A stretch of 64,000 bases of DNA, from positions 43,442,288 to 43,506,287 of the forward strand of contig JAHRHZ010000112.1 in NCBI GenBank assembly GCA_024137785.1, given 5' to 3'. The notes below the pieces were generated by a model. It searched no databases and was not told the DNA's origin. It was given only the letters and a program-made list of their open reading frames with translations. Of the stretch, positions 24,613 to 38,276 are shown one piece after another. Every line of letters starts with the position of its first letter. Position 1 is the first letter of the stretch. Origin of the DNA: Ginglymostoma cirratum. Its lineage: Eukaryota. The position numbers and the translations under genes were made by a program.

Positions 24613-24659
24613 CTCGATTTTTACTGATTCCTGTGTGGATGTGGTGTCTTCGTCAGATC
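24613..24659 (-). CDS. DNMT3A: DNMT3A small coding exon equivalent to human exon 5
   Basis: 47-bp exon with acceptor catttttttag and donor gtaata, phase 1/0. It encodes (x)SDEDTTSTQESVKIE, which joins in frame to the 147-bp exon and resembles human ...ETNIESMKME (a 44-bp phase 1/0 exon as recalled). Confidence 0.82.
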
Positions 24660-26239
24660 CTAAAAAAATGAAAAACACATTCACGGTTCTGTTGCACTGT
24701 ATCACTCAATGTACTAGACCTAAACATGGGATACACAATACAATAAGACCTGGGTTCTACCATAATGTTATAGACAGTTTGATTATAATTATAAATGATT
24801 TTGAAATGTTAAGCATGCCTTTACGTTGGGGGGGGGGGGGAGTTGAATAGCAGTTTGCAAAGTTCTGAAGTTGTCAAGAAGTTTCCATTTCCCACTGAGT
24901 GAAACTGAGTTCTCTTGCAAAGAAATGTGAGTGACTTGCATAGCTAAGGACTCATATTTCCTTCAAAAATCTTATGCCAATGATTTCACATTAAATTCTG
25001 ACATGGGATTAAGGATTAATGCTGGGGGCTGCTATATTTTGAATTATTTCAAGAACCGTATATTCTCCTCTCCTATGTTAGAAACACTCAGTTAGTGAGC
25101 CAGCATGAATTGCATTTTCAATATTTGCAAGTGTCTACTCCCCGCGAACAAAGTGGGGTTACCAGTTAAGGAAGTTGACCTTTTCAGCTAAAGGTGTCAG
25201 AATTTATATTACAACTCTGTATTCACAATTACATCCCTTTCCCACAATTCCAAATAATGAAAGGAACCTTAATGACTAAGCAGGTATTCAATGGAGACAA
25301 TGGCAATATTGGGCACAGGGTGGAGAGTTGGTGAAAGCCCTTTTTGGGAAGCTGGCCATATTAATTGGATAAGAGTCCCACCCACTGAGATCTGATGACC
25401 AATCAGAGGAGTGCAAACAAGGAAGCAGTGATTGCTTCCAGCTGCATACCTACCTGTGGCCTAGGATCTCCAAAATCCCTGGCACAGCTAAAAGACATGG
25501 GAGGAATTGTGAGGTGGGGGCTTTGAGGGGAAAGGGGAGCGATATTGGAGGCAAAAAGGCAGGTGGTAACTCCCAGCAGACTCCCTCCTTCTTAACGCAG
25601 GCTTCCTTGATCCGGCATTGAGTACTTAAAAGCAAGGTCACAGTGCCCACTTCTTCATCCTTGGGGCCTACAACTGGCTAACCACATGGTGAGTCACCCA
25701 ACTGGAGCTACTGAAGCCCAGCAGGCGTGGGACAAGGTCCCCGAGTGGACATGAATTAAACCCTGGATTTTCCCATCACAGACTGAGTGCCTGACAGCCT
25801 TCAGCCTGGCTAAATATCTGCCCCGCACACCCTCCACATCAAACATACTGCATACTGCATTAAATTCTGCCCCTCAAGCCATTTTGTGGAGGAATATGAA
25901 ACTTCAGGGAAACTTTTCTAGGATTTAATTGACAAATGAAAAGTAGTGACATGATTGTTTAGCACACTTTTCGAAGAAGACATAATCATGAAACAGCATT
26001 TGGAAAAACCTTTCTTCTTCTTTTACAACAATGTATTACATTGACATGTCAAAGTAGACCACCTTATGGTAATGCTGAGCAGCCCAAGTGGGACCATTTC
26101 CTCCACAAACATTACAACATATTGTGTCATTGTGAAATATATCAGTAGAGAAAACACCTGAAGTGGCAAGTATAAATAGAGTTGTGGTGCGTGACTGGGA
26201 AAGGAAGGGACTGAGACTCATTCATAAAACAAAACACTC

Positions 26240-26600
26240 AGATTTACAGAGCACCTTTAAGACCCTAAGGATATCCCCAAACCCAATGAATTATGTTTGA
26301 GTTCAAGTTCCTCCAGGCAACTTTGGCAGTTGATTTGCAAACGGCAGGAATTCTAAACAATAGTCAATGTGCTTTTAGTGGTGTAGGTTAAAGGAGGAAC
26401 ATTGATCAGGACTTTAGCAGAGTGCACTCACTTTCCTTTGATTGAAGCTGTAGCATATTTTGCATCCAACAGAGCTTTCAAGTAAGACCGCGGGTCAATA
26501 TTTTATCTGACAATACCATACTTCCTCAGTAACATGCTGGAACAGGAATTGAAGTTGTTATCTTCAGACCGAGAAATGAGAGAGCTACTACTGAGTCAAA
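26240..26600 (-). mobile_element. Ancient tRNA-derived SINE with L2-like tail (family not assigned)
   Basis: Minus strand starts ttgactcagtagtagctctctc (A-box-like) and ends ..aaaggtgctctgtaaat (L2-type tail); heavily decayed. Confidence 0.45.
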
Positions 26601-26772
26601 TATGACACGAGTCGTCTCGAAAAGACTCATTATGAAAAAAGATTGCACTTCTAGCCACAGTTCCCCTTTGCTGTTCTTAAAACATCTTAGCGCAGTGCCT
26701 CCAACTTCTAAACCTCAGAAATGTTCATAGCACGGAAAATCCAAATCAACAAATAACATAAAATTTATATCA

Positions 26773-27363
26773 GAGATAGTAGGAACTGCAGATGCTGGAG
26801 AATCTGAGATAACAAGGTGTAGAGCTGGATGAACACAGCAGGCCAAGCAGCATCAGAGGAGCAGAAGGCTGACGTTTCAGGCCTNNNNNNNNNNNNNNNN
26901 NNNNNNNNNNNNNNNNNNNNNNNNNNNNNNNNNNNNNNNNNNNNNNNNNNNNNNNNNNNNNNNNNNNNNNNNNNNNNNNNNNNNNNNNNNNNNNNNNNNN
27001 NNNNNNNNNNNNNNNNNNNNNNNNNNNNNNNNNNNNNNNNNNNNNNNNNNNNNNNNNNNNNNNNNNNNNNNNNNNNNNNNNNNNNNNNNNNNNNNNNNNN
27101 NNNNNNNNNNNNNNNNNNNNNNNNNNNNNNNNNNNNNNNNNNNNNNNNNNNNNNNNNNNNNNNNNNNNNNNNNNNNNNNNNNNNNNNNNNNNNNNNNNNN
27201 NNNNNNNNNNNNNNNNNNNNNNNNNNNNNNNNNNNNNNNNNNNNNNNNNNNNNNNNNNNNNNNNNNNNNNNNNNNNNNNNNNNNAGGCCTGAAACGCCAG
27301 CTTTCCTGCTCCTCTGATGCTGCTTGGCCTGCTGTGTTCATCCAGCTCTACACCTTGTTATCT
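26773..27363. mobile_element. Fold-back family A PLE insert with central 400-N gap
   Basis: Perfect 16-bp TSD cataaaatttatatca at 26757-26772 / 27364-27379. Inverted arms flank the gap at 26885-27284; tail on left arm only. Confidence 0.9.
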
Positions 27364-28144
27364 CATAAAATTTATATCAATGGATTCTGACTACCTTAAT
27401 TTGAAATGGGTGAGTTGTGATGCAGTGATACAAGTTAATTGCTTGGTGCAGTGCTGAGTCCCTAGTTCCTACTGAATTAACTGTTTTCACTTAGTAAAAA
27501 GGTACAATATAATGACATAACATATATTAACCTCAGAGAAGCTGAATGGGGAAAGGTCCCTGTTGCAGTTCGCCATTCACTGACTGCAGACAATCTTTAT
27601 ATAAATATGAGATATGAACACCTTCAAGATCCTTTGTGATTCCTCCTAAGAGTTAGGTTCACACATAAAGACTGGTCACTTTGGGAATACTATCAAGCTG
27701 TAAGGGCCTCTCAACATGTCATTGCGTGTAGGGGAAGAAGGAAGGAAACAGAGATGAATATTATAAATAGCCAAACGTGGTCCAGAAGGTTAATTTTATT
27801 GAAATTTTTTTCCCGGTTTCTTTGAGAATCAGGAGTAGGAGGAAGAGGAGTGATTCTCCAAGTACCAGAACAAAACCTTCAACCATCCGTGACCACGCAC
27901 TTTTTGGTGTTCCTGCCCAACAGATAAGAATAAGCTCCATTTCAGAACAGTAGTGTTTGGAGTTACATAGAAGAAGTGAAAAAGTACATTCTATCCTAGT
28001 CTTTTTCAGTTTATAACCTTTGTGTGTTGATATAATGGCAATGGGAGACAGATAGAGGAGGTATTTCAATGGAAGCAATATCTGCTGATGCACACAGCAA
28101 CTGTACAAGGTACACATTGTGAATTGAGTGCAAAAGTTGGGAAT

Positions 28145-28595
28145 TCTCAGAAAAGATTTACCAGAATGTTGCCGGGACTGGAAGGTTTGAGTTATAAGGA
28201 GAGGTTGGATAGACTGGGACCTTTTTCACTGGAGGGTAAGAAGTTGACGGGTGACCTTACAGAAGAGTATAAAATCATGAGGGGCTAAGATGAATAGCAA
28301 AGGCCTTTTCCCTTGGGTTAAGGAGTTCAATGCTAGAGAACATAATTTTAAGGTGAGAGGAGAAAGATTTAAAAGGGACCTCAGGGATAAATTTTTCATG
28401 CAGAGGGTGGTTTGTATGTGGAAGGAACTGCCAGAGGAAGTGGTAGATTTGAACAGGCACATGAATAGGAAAGGTTCAGAAGGATATGGGCCAAATGCAG
28501 GCAAATGTGACGAGTTTAGTTTGGGAAACTTGGTTGGCACAGACGAGTTGGACCAAAGCATCTGTTTCCGCGCTGTGTGACTCTATGACTCTAAT
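28145..28595 (+). mobile_element. CR1 LINE 3' fragment
   Basis: QKRFTRMLPGLEGLSYKERLDRLG..FFMQRVVCMWKELPEEVV; (gactctat) tail. Confidence 0.88.
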
Positions 28596-29201
28596 CTAGA
28601 ATTCCAATTAAAGAATGGGAAGATAGAGTTTTTGCCATAGATTATTTCCCGAGCTGAGAACAAATTGGCAAATTGATAAGAAGATTTGATATGTGAATAT
28701 TTGGCTGAAAGAATTGTGTGGAAGATATAGTTTTCATTCCATACAATACTGGTATTCAGGTAGGCCAGGCTGGGATCATGGTCCGAGTCTCATTAGGATA
28801 AGTAGAGGGTCACAGGACATTAAAATGCAAAGTCAGGGAAGGGATCAAATGCAAAAGATAATATGCACTGCTACTTCCAAACAAACAAAAGTGGAAGAAA
28901 GTCAAGTAACAGTCAGGAATTCTGCTTTAGATACCACTGGAAAAGCAATATCAAGTAAATGATATTAAGGAAGTCAACCAAGAGGGTGAAAAAAGAAATG
29001 TGAGTAAAACACTTGAGCAGTAGGATCGATTAGAGTCTGTGGTTCAAATAAACATTCTTTTAAAAAATGCCAAGAGTATAACGAACAAAGGATTAAATCC
29101 ATTCAGTGTTTAATGAGGACATACTGAGAGATAAATAAGCAGTGGAGACACTACAGATAGTCATGCGACCTAGAAAAGATTTCAAACTGGAGTGGGAATT
29201 A

Positions 29202-29441
29202 TCATAGAATCCCTACAGCCCAACAAGTCCACACCCTTCCCCCTTTAATCTACACATCCCTGAACACTATGGCCAATCCACCTAACCTGCAAATATTTGG
29301 ACTGTGGGAGGAAACCCACACAGACACAGGCAGAATGTACAAACTCCATACAGACAGTCTCCTGAAGGTGGAATTGAACCTGGGTTCCGGGTTCCTTGTG
29401 CTGTGAGGCAGCAGTGCTAACCACTGAGCCACCATACCGCC
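29202..29441 (-). mobile_element. HE1-type V-SINE with internal deletions
   Basis: Head ggtggctcagtggttagcactgctgcctcacagc (A box) and gggttcaattcc (B box); tail gtagggattctatg. Confidence 0.85.
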
Positions 29442-30849
29442 CAGTTAGACTTCATTCCTGATTTATAGCATCCACCGTTCTTTCAGTTTTTATTTAAAAA
29501 TTGAATCGATCCGGGCAAATGGAAAACAATTAAAGAGCAGCAAAGGGTGACAAACAGAAAGTAAGAGTATGACCAAAGAAAGGAATTTGCAAGATAACAA
29601 AGTCAAAACATAGTAATTTCACAATTTGGAAAAAGACAGTGGTCAAGAGTAATGTGACCCTTTGAAAACTGCTAATGGTGAGATTACCAATGAAAATAAG
29701 GAAATGATGAACATGTTGAATAATTGTCTATAGGTACTGTTGACGAATAGGTTAGTAGGCCAGGAATGCCAAGATAACTAACACTGAATCAGGACAGGGG
29801 GTCACCGAACAGTGGCAGCATGACAACAGGAAGGAAGAAATTAACAACACACATCCCCAGGATCAGAAGGTTCCCATTTAAGGATTTTAAGGGAAGTCAA
29901 TAAGAACATTGGACTCTTGCAAAAATAATAGAAGGCGTTGACAGTTTGAATAAATAATAAATTGTTCTTGATAATCATAGCAAACAGCCAGGATTGCAGT
30001 ACAAGGCAAGTAGATAACCCGAGGGTAGCGATTCAAATTACATAATGGTTCAAGACAGTTTATACATATCAAGATTTTGTTATACATTACTAAGAAATGG
30101 TTACTTTATACAAATATATACTTAGATTCCAATTTCTACATTTAAGATAACTACTGATACATTTATTGCTTCTGAAGTCAGTGGCAAAGAGTTCATACAC
30201 TATCATGAAGTGGGATTGGTTTGCATTCAATTTTCATTAGAAGGTTATCATTGACCATAAGTCTTGATATAGCTTATTTTCGCTTTCTCTATCTCACTGC
30301 ATGATCAATGACAAAATCCACTTGTATTATTTTCTTCCGAAGTATCTCTGCTCTCACAAGGTTATTTGTTTGGAATTTTCTATCCAGACAGCAGTGGAGG
30401 CTGGGTCATTGAATCTACCTAGAGTTGAAGTGGACAAATTTTTGAAGAAGGAAAATGGAGTAATGGGAACAATCAGGTATAATTATTGAATATCAGAGTA
30501 AACTCAAGGAACTAAATGCCTTCCTCCTGCTCCTTTATTTTGTGTTCAATTTAAGAAAATAACAAAGTCCAGCAAACTGCAATTCACATTATGGATTTAC
30601 ATTTTATTCAATCATACTAAATGCTTGCAGAAGTAATTCCTAAAATTCTCACTTATTGTAAACATAATAACAGTGACTACTTTTATACTTTTCAAGCTTT
30701 CCACTTCAAATTATACTTTAGATGATAAATTCACTGATCCTGCTGTGAAAGAGAGGAGGATGTATGTTTGAAAGGGAGTGGGGACGCGAATTTCAGAACT
30801 ATATTCTTTCTGGAAGTGTGTAATTAGTGAGTTACTCTTTCCACTGCAT

Positions 30850-31680
30850 CTCTAACAACTCATTCTTTGACAGAGCCCTGAACAATGTGGAGATCTTGCA
30901 ATAATGCTACTTTTTCTATCATTACATGACTAAGCCCCTCAAGTCAGGCTTCCAGTCAGAAAAGCACGATAATCTCACTGAGAAAAATTATAAATAACAT
31001 CCACTGGAACTGTTTTCGCAGCTTCTGAACTTCCTTAGCAATGCTAACCTGTCAGCTGCCAACAATAACATTGCTCACATTGTATCCATGAATGTCTCTC
31101 CTCCACAATTTCCCTCCACATCACCACAACATCATGGCCCCACTCTCATCTGTTAGCAGAATGATACTGACAAGGTCGAATGTACAATCCACACTTTCAT
31201 CTAACAACAGTCTATGTAAAGACTCAAATATTCTTTTCACAATTTCTCCAAAAACTTTTTCTTCCATGTCCCTACATGTGGTTCATCAATTCTCTTCATC
31301 ACTTCTGTTCTAGCCTCAGGTGATGTTGATTGGAAACATGATATCTACATGTGCGTGTATGAATCTCTGCTCAATCTGTTTCCTTGTTCCACAATTCCTG
31401 AGACATCATCACTGTCTGTTTCACATTGGGAGCTCTTGTTAAATATTCGCAAAACTAACTCTACCCTCTTCTGCTCCCACAAACACCAATGCACCTCCCA
31501 GAATGTCACCAGCTGCCCAGTAGTGTGAAACCCTATCGCCTACACTTCAGCTTCCTCCACCATATCCAATCCAGGAAGCAAGAAGGCTTTCTTTCATGAC
31601 TGAAACTTGTTTGTCCCCACTGCCACATCTCTCCTCTATTTTCCTGATTAACTCATGACTCGACTTCTACAGGACTGTTG
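30850..31680 (+). mobile_element. Very old L2-like remnant
   Basis: caagtcaggcttcc (QSGF) and other decayed L2 RT segments in CT-rich sequence. Confidence 0.4.
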
Positions 31681-32219
31681 TGTTAATAAAACCCGACAGA
31701 TTTATTTATCACTTAACATCTTTGTAATTGAGTTACGTTCACCTTAGGCTACATATGTGATATTTTCTCCTTGACATCTACTGACTATCAGAACACAGCA
31801 AAAAAGAATTAAAGGGAAAGCTAAGCATTAACTTAATGCTGTATAACTGAAAGTACCATTGCTTCAGAGAATGTATTTTCAGTCAGCAGTGAAATATCCC
31901 AAGGTTTCTACCACACAAAGCAATGTTGTATGTTGGAAAACTCAGCCTCCATTTCCTGCTCTGTACTTTGTAATACTGATAGGAGATTTACCTACTGCCT
32001 GGATTATACCCAAGAACAACACAGCAGCACAGCTGTAAGTACAGTGCAAACAAAAGACTATATGTATATGGTCTTCAGGCTTTAGAAGCTCTCTGAGCGC
32101 TCATTGATTTTATCCAAAACTATGCTCTAATCTTCAAAAAACGATAGTAAATATTTTTTAAAGTTCTGATACGATGTATTTTTATAAACAAAAACTATGC
32201 AGAATCATTGCCAAAAATT

Positions 32220-32303
32220 TTCAAATAAACCTGTCGGACTACAACGTGGTGTCCTGGGATTTCTGACCTTGTTCACCCCAGTCCAACACCAGCACCTGCA
32301 CAT
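32220..32303 (+). mobile_element. 3' terminal fragment of a further PLE family (family D, tentative)
   Basis: aaataaacctgtcggactacaacgtggtg..ccagtccaacaccagc resembles recalled shark PLE ends; possible TSD caaaaatt at 32212-19 / 32304-11. Confidence 0.45.
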
Positions 32304-33009
32304 CAAAAATTACTAGCAGTATTTTTGTTTATTTTGTGAAAATAACAAAATATAGACTTAAAGTTAATGCTGGTGAAATGTGAACTTGTTTTCACTTTTG
32401 CTCACTTACTTTGAAGTAAAACATTGCGTGCTTAGACCTATTAGTCTAAGACATAAAGAAACAGAAATAAGATAAGGCCTTCCATTAATCCAAGTCAACC
32501 TATCACTTTCAGATCGTGACAAAATTATTTTTCTCTTTCTCATGAACTGTCATCAAGCCCAGGTGCTTCCATTGCCTGATGTATGAAGGAGATGCTGTTT
32601 TGGCATATACTGTGCTGAAGTGGTGTTCCACAAAGTAACAACCATTATGCTGTTCAGCCACATTGCTGTATCTTGCTTTGCTGCCAGGTTCACCTGGTTC
32701 CTTCAGAAGGTTCTCCTGTGCACTGATGTTGTGCAACCTGCAGAGATTCAGCAGATTCTTTGGTATCTGGTAGACTGAGATCGATTGAAGAAGCATTCCA
32801 GAATTTGTTCAGACAGTGAAATCATGGCTTAAACAGACAAATACATGCTGTACACATATCCACTTGGTCACATGTAACTCTTGACATTACTTTTCACTTC
32901 ATATTGTAGTTTGTCTTAACATAGTAATGATCCAAGGATGAATATTTATCCTCAATATCCAAAGACAGTGTCAGATGAGGAAAATCATTTATCCCGGCTC
33001 CGTACATTA

Positions 33010-33210
33010 ATCTAGGCAAGAAAGGTGCATTATCCCACTGCAGCATTGCTTCAGAACCCATATGCTTGACCATATTCCATCAATTTTTATTTTCCACTGT
33101 AACCTTTGACATGGCCCCATTTCAAATGCCTTCTGGAAACAGAAGTACAATACATCCAGTGGTTGTCCTTTATCTGCAGCATCTGTTACTTCCTCAAAGA
33201 ACTCTAATAA
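33010..33210 (-). mobile_element. CR1 RT fragment
   Basis: NLLEFFEEVTDAADKGQPLDVLYFCFQKAF. Confidence 0.8.
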
Positions 33211-33849
33211 ATTGCTCAATTCAAGTATTTGAAGTAATTCAATTGAAGTAATTCAAAAATTCTTTCTGCTACTGTTTTTTCTTGATTCCTGGCCATTTTA
33301 TTGGGCAAAAGCACCAGCCTTTGATCTATTTGGAGTCTCTTGCAGTTTACTGGGTATCAGTACAAATCCCTGGTCTGTTTTATTCCCTAGTGGTTTACTG
33401 GTCAAACTATCCGTTTGTCCATTCCTGGTGCTGATCATGTTTTGACAAAAAAAAACTGGTTCACCATATTCTAACTGGAGCTCAAACGCTCTTCCATGTC
33501 TTTATTACCTCCATTCCTGATTATTTCAAGCTAGCCTGCCATTTCCAACTTTCCACATCTAAACCAACTCCGGTTGACTCATCATCATTTGCATTTTTAA
33601 CATACTTATCCCAAACACATCCAATCTTAAATTCTTGTTCCTGTGACTAATTCCTGTTGTGCCTTTGCTCCTCTTCATCTCTCCTGCAGTGTACAAGGCC
33701 TCCCCTTAAAATGCAAATGTTTTAATTCTTTTAATTCTGAATTTCTGTTTGTTTCCTACCATTGTCAGCTGTGTAGGTGACAGGCTCTGGAATTTATTTC
33801 CTAAAACCACAATTATTTAACATATCTAGTGTCTAACATGTAACATCTA

Positions 33850-34305
33850 ACATGGTGCCTGGATTAGAGAGTATGAGCCATAAGGAGAAACTAGAAAAAC
33901 TCAGGTTGTTTCCTCTAGAGTGGAGGAGGCTGAGGGGAGACTTGATAGAAATCTATAAAATTATGAGATGAATAGATAGTGTTGATGGTCAGAATCTTTT
34001 TCCCAGAGTTAAAATGTCTAATACCAGGGGGCACACTTTTAAGGTAAGAGGGGGTAAGTTCAAAGGAGATGTGAGGGGCAGGTTTTTTACAGAGAGAGTG
34101 GTAGAAGTCTGGAGTACATTGCTGGGGATGGTGGTGGAGGCAGATACGATAGGGCCATTTAAGGGACTTTTAGATATGCACATGAATGTGCAAGGAATGG
34201 AGGGATATGGATTAAGAGCAGGGATTAGTTTAACTTGGTATTATGTTCGGCATAACATTCTGTGCTGAAGGGCCCATTTCTGTGCTGTACTGCTCTATGC
34301 TCTAA
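33850..34305 (+). mobile_element. CR1 LINE 3' fragment
   Basis: TRGHTFKVRGGKFKGDVRGRFFTERVVEVW; tail ctctatgctcta. Confidence 0.88.
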
Positions 34306-34409
34306 GTGCTATCTTAAAAAAAAATAGAATCCATCTGTTTTATAAAACATTTAGTTAGCTCATCCAATAGCTCTTTCTTTACCTTGTTCTTCAGTTCTAA
34401 AACATCCTT

Positions 34410-35830
34410 TATTCGAGGGTGATGAGACTGGAAGATAGCAAATGTGATTCCTTTATTGAGAAAGGGAAGGAGACAGAAAACAGGAAACCACAAGTCACTC
34501 AGGTTAACATTTGTCAAAGGAAAAGCCTTAGATGTCATTGTGAAAGAGGTTATAACAGGACACTTAGATAAGTTCAAGGTAATCAGGGAGAGTCAACATA
34601 GTTTTGTGAAAGAGGTATCATGCTTCATCAATTTATTGATGTTCTTTGAGGAAGTAACATGTGCTGCAGATAAAGGAGAACCAGTCAATGTACTGTACTT
34701 AGATGTCAGAAGGCATTTGATATAGTGCCAGATTAAAGGTTACTGTGGAAAATACAAGTTCATGGTGTAGGGGTGTATTGCCATTTATAGAGGACTGGCT
34801 AGCTGACAGGAAGCAGAAAGTTGAGATAAAAGGGTCTTTTTCAGGTTTAAGATAGAAGGAGTGATGCGCCATAGGAATCGGTGATGGGACCTCAACAATT
34901 TATGTAAATAACTCCAAAGCTTTGATTGCCAAATTTTCTGATAATAAAAAGATAGGTGGAAAAGTATGTTGTGAAGAAGACAGAAAAAGGCTGAATAAAG
35001 ATATAAACAGGTAACTGACTGGGGAAAGATGTGGCAAATGGAGTATTATTTTTAGAAAATGCGAAATTGCCTATTTTGGCAGGAAGAACATTAAGAGAAA
35101 ATGTTCTATCTAAATGATCGGAGAGGGCAGAGATTTGAGAAGCAGAGAGATCTGGTTGCATTAATCACAAAAGGTCCACATGCAGATTCAGCTGGTGATT
35201 AGTTATCAATATTGCAAGGAGAACAAATAATACAAAAATCAGGAGGTTATGCTCCAGTTATACAGGGCACTGGTCAGACTATATGAGGAGCACTGAGCAG
35301 AGTACTGGTCATCTCATTAAGGAAGAATGTAAATGTGTTGGAGACAATTTAGCGAAGGTTTCCCAGAATAAGATTTGAAATGAGAGGGTTGGCTTATGAT
35401 GAAATGTTAGGCAGCCTGGGCTTGTATTACTGGAATTCAGAAGATTAAGACGTGATTTGATTGCAACATACAAGATCCTGAAGGGTTTTGGCAGGGCACA
35501 TGGAGAGAAGGTAAATAGGAAAATCTAGAACTGGGAGTCACTATTTAAAAATGATGCCTCATCAATTTAAGACCGATGAGGCAATTTTCTTTTCTCTCAA
35601 GGGGTCATGAGTCTCTGGAGTTGTCTTTCTGAAAAAGTTGTGGAATCACAGCCCTTTACTTTTTTTAAGACAGAGGTAGATAGATTCCCATTAAGTAAGG
35701 AAATGCCCTTGGGGGTAGGTAGGAGTACAGATTTGAGGATACAATCAGTTCTACCGCGATTTTTGTGAATGGTGGAGCAGACTTGAAGGGCTGAATGGGA
35801 TACCGCTGTTACTAATTTGAATTTGTGCGT
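34410..35830 (+). mobile_element. Old CR1 RT to 3' UTR
   Basis: IPLLRKGRRQKTGNHK..SQHSFVK..FFEEVT..LYLD, followed by the decayed remainder. Confidence 0.85.
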
Positions 35831-37639
35831 TCTTTGTTTTCTCTTTCAGCCTTTGTTTGATGCACACTGGGGCAGTGTTTTCTACATTTGTGCAGAGAGA
35901 TTTTGTTATGGTTGTAAATTAATCTTGAACCTTGTTCCACTCTTGTACTTTGATTTAATGTAATATTTGGGATTTACATTTTCCACGCTCTTTAATATGT
36001 GTCTGCCCCTAACTTAATTAATGTTCAGTGAATGCAGTGAAATGAATGCATCACAGGTTCCTCCATAACATTGGGCAGACGTCCATGGTCCACGTGAAAA
36101 TTTGCCTGTTCAGTAGTTGAAAGCTCTGCTGTTTGGTGCAGCAGTCTGCTATCAATAATGTCTACAATTTGTAGAGTAGCACCACATGAAAAAAACAGAG
36201 ATCTCTTTCATACAGCTGCTTGCTTTATGTGAGAAAACAGGAATGAGTTAGCTCTTGTGGACAATATATCTGACAGCTCTATTGTGTGCACCAGTGCACT
36301 ACTGATTGATTTGACATACAAATGGTTTGGAGTGATTTGAAGGCATTAAAGTTCAGTGCTGTCATTACCTTTACAGCTACTGGTAGAGCTGTCCCTGTGA
36401 TTAATCTTATTTGTGGATGAGACTGCTTCCCTGGTGCATTAATGACCTCCAGAAGCTGATTTCCTCAGATATTCACAGGAAACTGACTCTGAATAGGCAG
36501 GTACAACTTTCCTCGGGAAGACCACATGCAGATAGTTCACCTCTGGTGCAAATCAAAACCTTATTTTCACCAAATCCTCACATTACACCTCTCCACGAGT
36601 CACTGAACAAGAAACCCATTCTCTAAAATTTGACTACAGCACCCGATTTTGAAAAAAAAATTCATGGCACGTGGATGCCACTGGCTACATCAGCATTCAG
36701 AGCCCATCAAACAGCTGCACTCCCGGGGTTGTAGGTACATCTATATTTTCTTCGGCATATATCAGAAAATTGTATCTGTCAGAAATCCACAAGTGATAAC
36801 GATTGGAAAGAGAAATACAGTAGACTAATGTCAGAGCCAACCCGCTGCAAATCTAAATTTCAGGACAATAAAAAGTTCTGCAGTATGCAAATGAAGTCAT
36901 CTTCTCTGGGCCAGAATAGGCCTCTCACTTATCATCTCTTCCTTATAGGTTACTTCAACGCACAGAAAATTCCAGTGAACAAAATTAGAAAATCTTGCCA
37001 CAGGTTATTTTATTCACATTTATGTTATTTCCAGGCCCCTTTGCTCGACAGCACATTGCACACAAGAGCATTTTATGACCAAATCAAAGTTTTAAGGGGA
37101 GAGAAAGAGGCTCAGTGTGAGCTGGGCAGAGATTGTGTTAAGAGCTCTCAGCCTGAGGTTGTTGCCTGTGTACACACATTCCACACCAGTGAGAACCAGC
37201 TCAGCAATCAGAAAATTGGCCCAGGCCCCTCTGGATAAGTGCCAAATAATTCATTTTCTTGAAGGAGTGGAGGATTTTATTTTCTAAATGCCTGATTTAC
37301 TGGAGTGATAAGGGGAGATATTCTTGTGCCTACTTTCAGGTCAAACGAGTTGACTGATTGAACGCTGTGAATATCTGAGAATCGAATGGGTCAGAGCATT
37401 TACATGTGAAGGAATTCATTTCACTTCTTACTAATTTAAATACAGGGAGAATCAGATAGCTACCACTCATATTCCAGCCTGCCCGATACGTTCAGGAAAT
37501 CAGGGAATTGTATGAACTTGGATACAGATTGAGGAAAAGTCCTGCTGTTGTGGGCTGGTTTCACCAGCGGGACCTTATTGAGGCAATGGTGACTCCTAGC
37601 CAGCCACACTCTATTTCCAATGTTTCTGATCACCCTCGT

Positions 37640-37890
37640 TCCATACCCCGACACCACATTCCCACACCCACTCCAGTCACCAAACCACCCTCACCCCACA
37701 CTTCCCACCCACCTCACACCCTCTACCTTCACGCCTACTCCCCACCCTGACCCCACATTCCCCACTTCCCACTCCACACTCTCCCCTCTCTATCCACAGC
37801 TCCCAAACTTCCACTCACTATCCTACTCACCACCCCATCCACCCTGCCTCCCACCTCCACTCCCATTCCCACTCACCAACTCCCTCCCAG
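37640..37890 (+). repeat. C/A-rich low-complexity tract (G-rich on the transcribed minus strand)
   Basis: Repeated ccca/cccc/ctcc units. Confidence 0.7.
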
Positions 37891-37950
37891 CAGTTAGTAT
37901 GGCATAAGGCCCTTAAGTGGTCATTAATTGGTCATGTAGGGGCGTCAACT

Positions 37951-38276
37951 GATCATAGATCATAGAATCCCTACAGTGTGGAAACAGGCCCTTCGGCCCT
38001 AAAAGTCCACACCCACCCTCAGAGCATCCCACCCAAATCCATTCCCCCTATAACCCACTTAATCTACATATCCCTGAACACTACAGGCAATTTAGCGTGG
38101 CCAATCCCCCGAGCCTGCACATCTTTGGACTGTGGGAGGAAACCAGAGCACCCGGAGGAAATCCACACAGACATGGGGAGAATGTGCAAACTCCACACGG
38201 ACAGTCGCCCGAGGGTGGAATCGAACCCGTTCCTGACGCTGTGAGGCAGCAGGGCTAACCACTGAGCCACTATGCT
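37951..38276 (-). mobile_element. Near full-length HE1-type V-SINE
   Basis: tRNA head gtggctcagtggttagc, B box gggttcgattcc, V-core gtggagtttgcacattctcccc, and CR1-derived tail gggccgaagggcctgtttccacactgtagggattctatg. Confidence 0.9.

Noticed and set aside
25310-25873. Degenerate GC-richer segments with gggcagaattt-like ends (also near 13.4-13.7, 16.1 and 47.3 kb)
   Set aside because: Probably old non-autonomous DNA elements, but paired termini and TSDs could not be resolved by eye.
26063-26157. Exon-like segment VFSTDIFHNDTICCNVCGGNGPTWAAQHYHK
   Set aside because: Weak donor gtggtc, phase incompatible in that frame, and no homology recognised.
26829-27341. ORFs of 143-162 aa across N runs (also 63247-63702)
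   Set aside because: Artefacts of translating assembly gaps.
29380-29441. tRNA-like A/B boxes (also 38210-38276 and 22670-22750)
   Set aside because: These are SINE heads followed by SINE core and LINE-derived tails, not tRNA genes.
32509-32830. Possible DNMT3A exon-4 equivalent
   Set aside because: Weak donor (gtgaac) and no convincing similarity to recalled DNMT3A N-termini.
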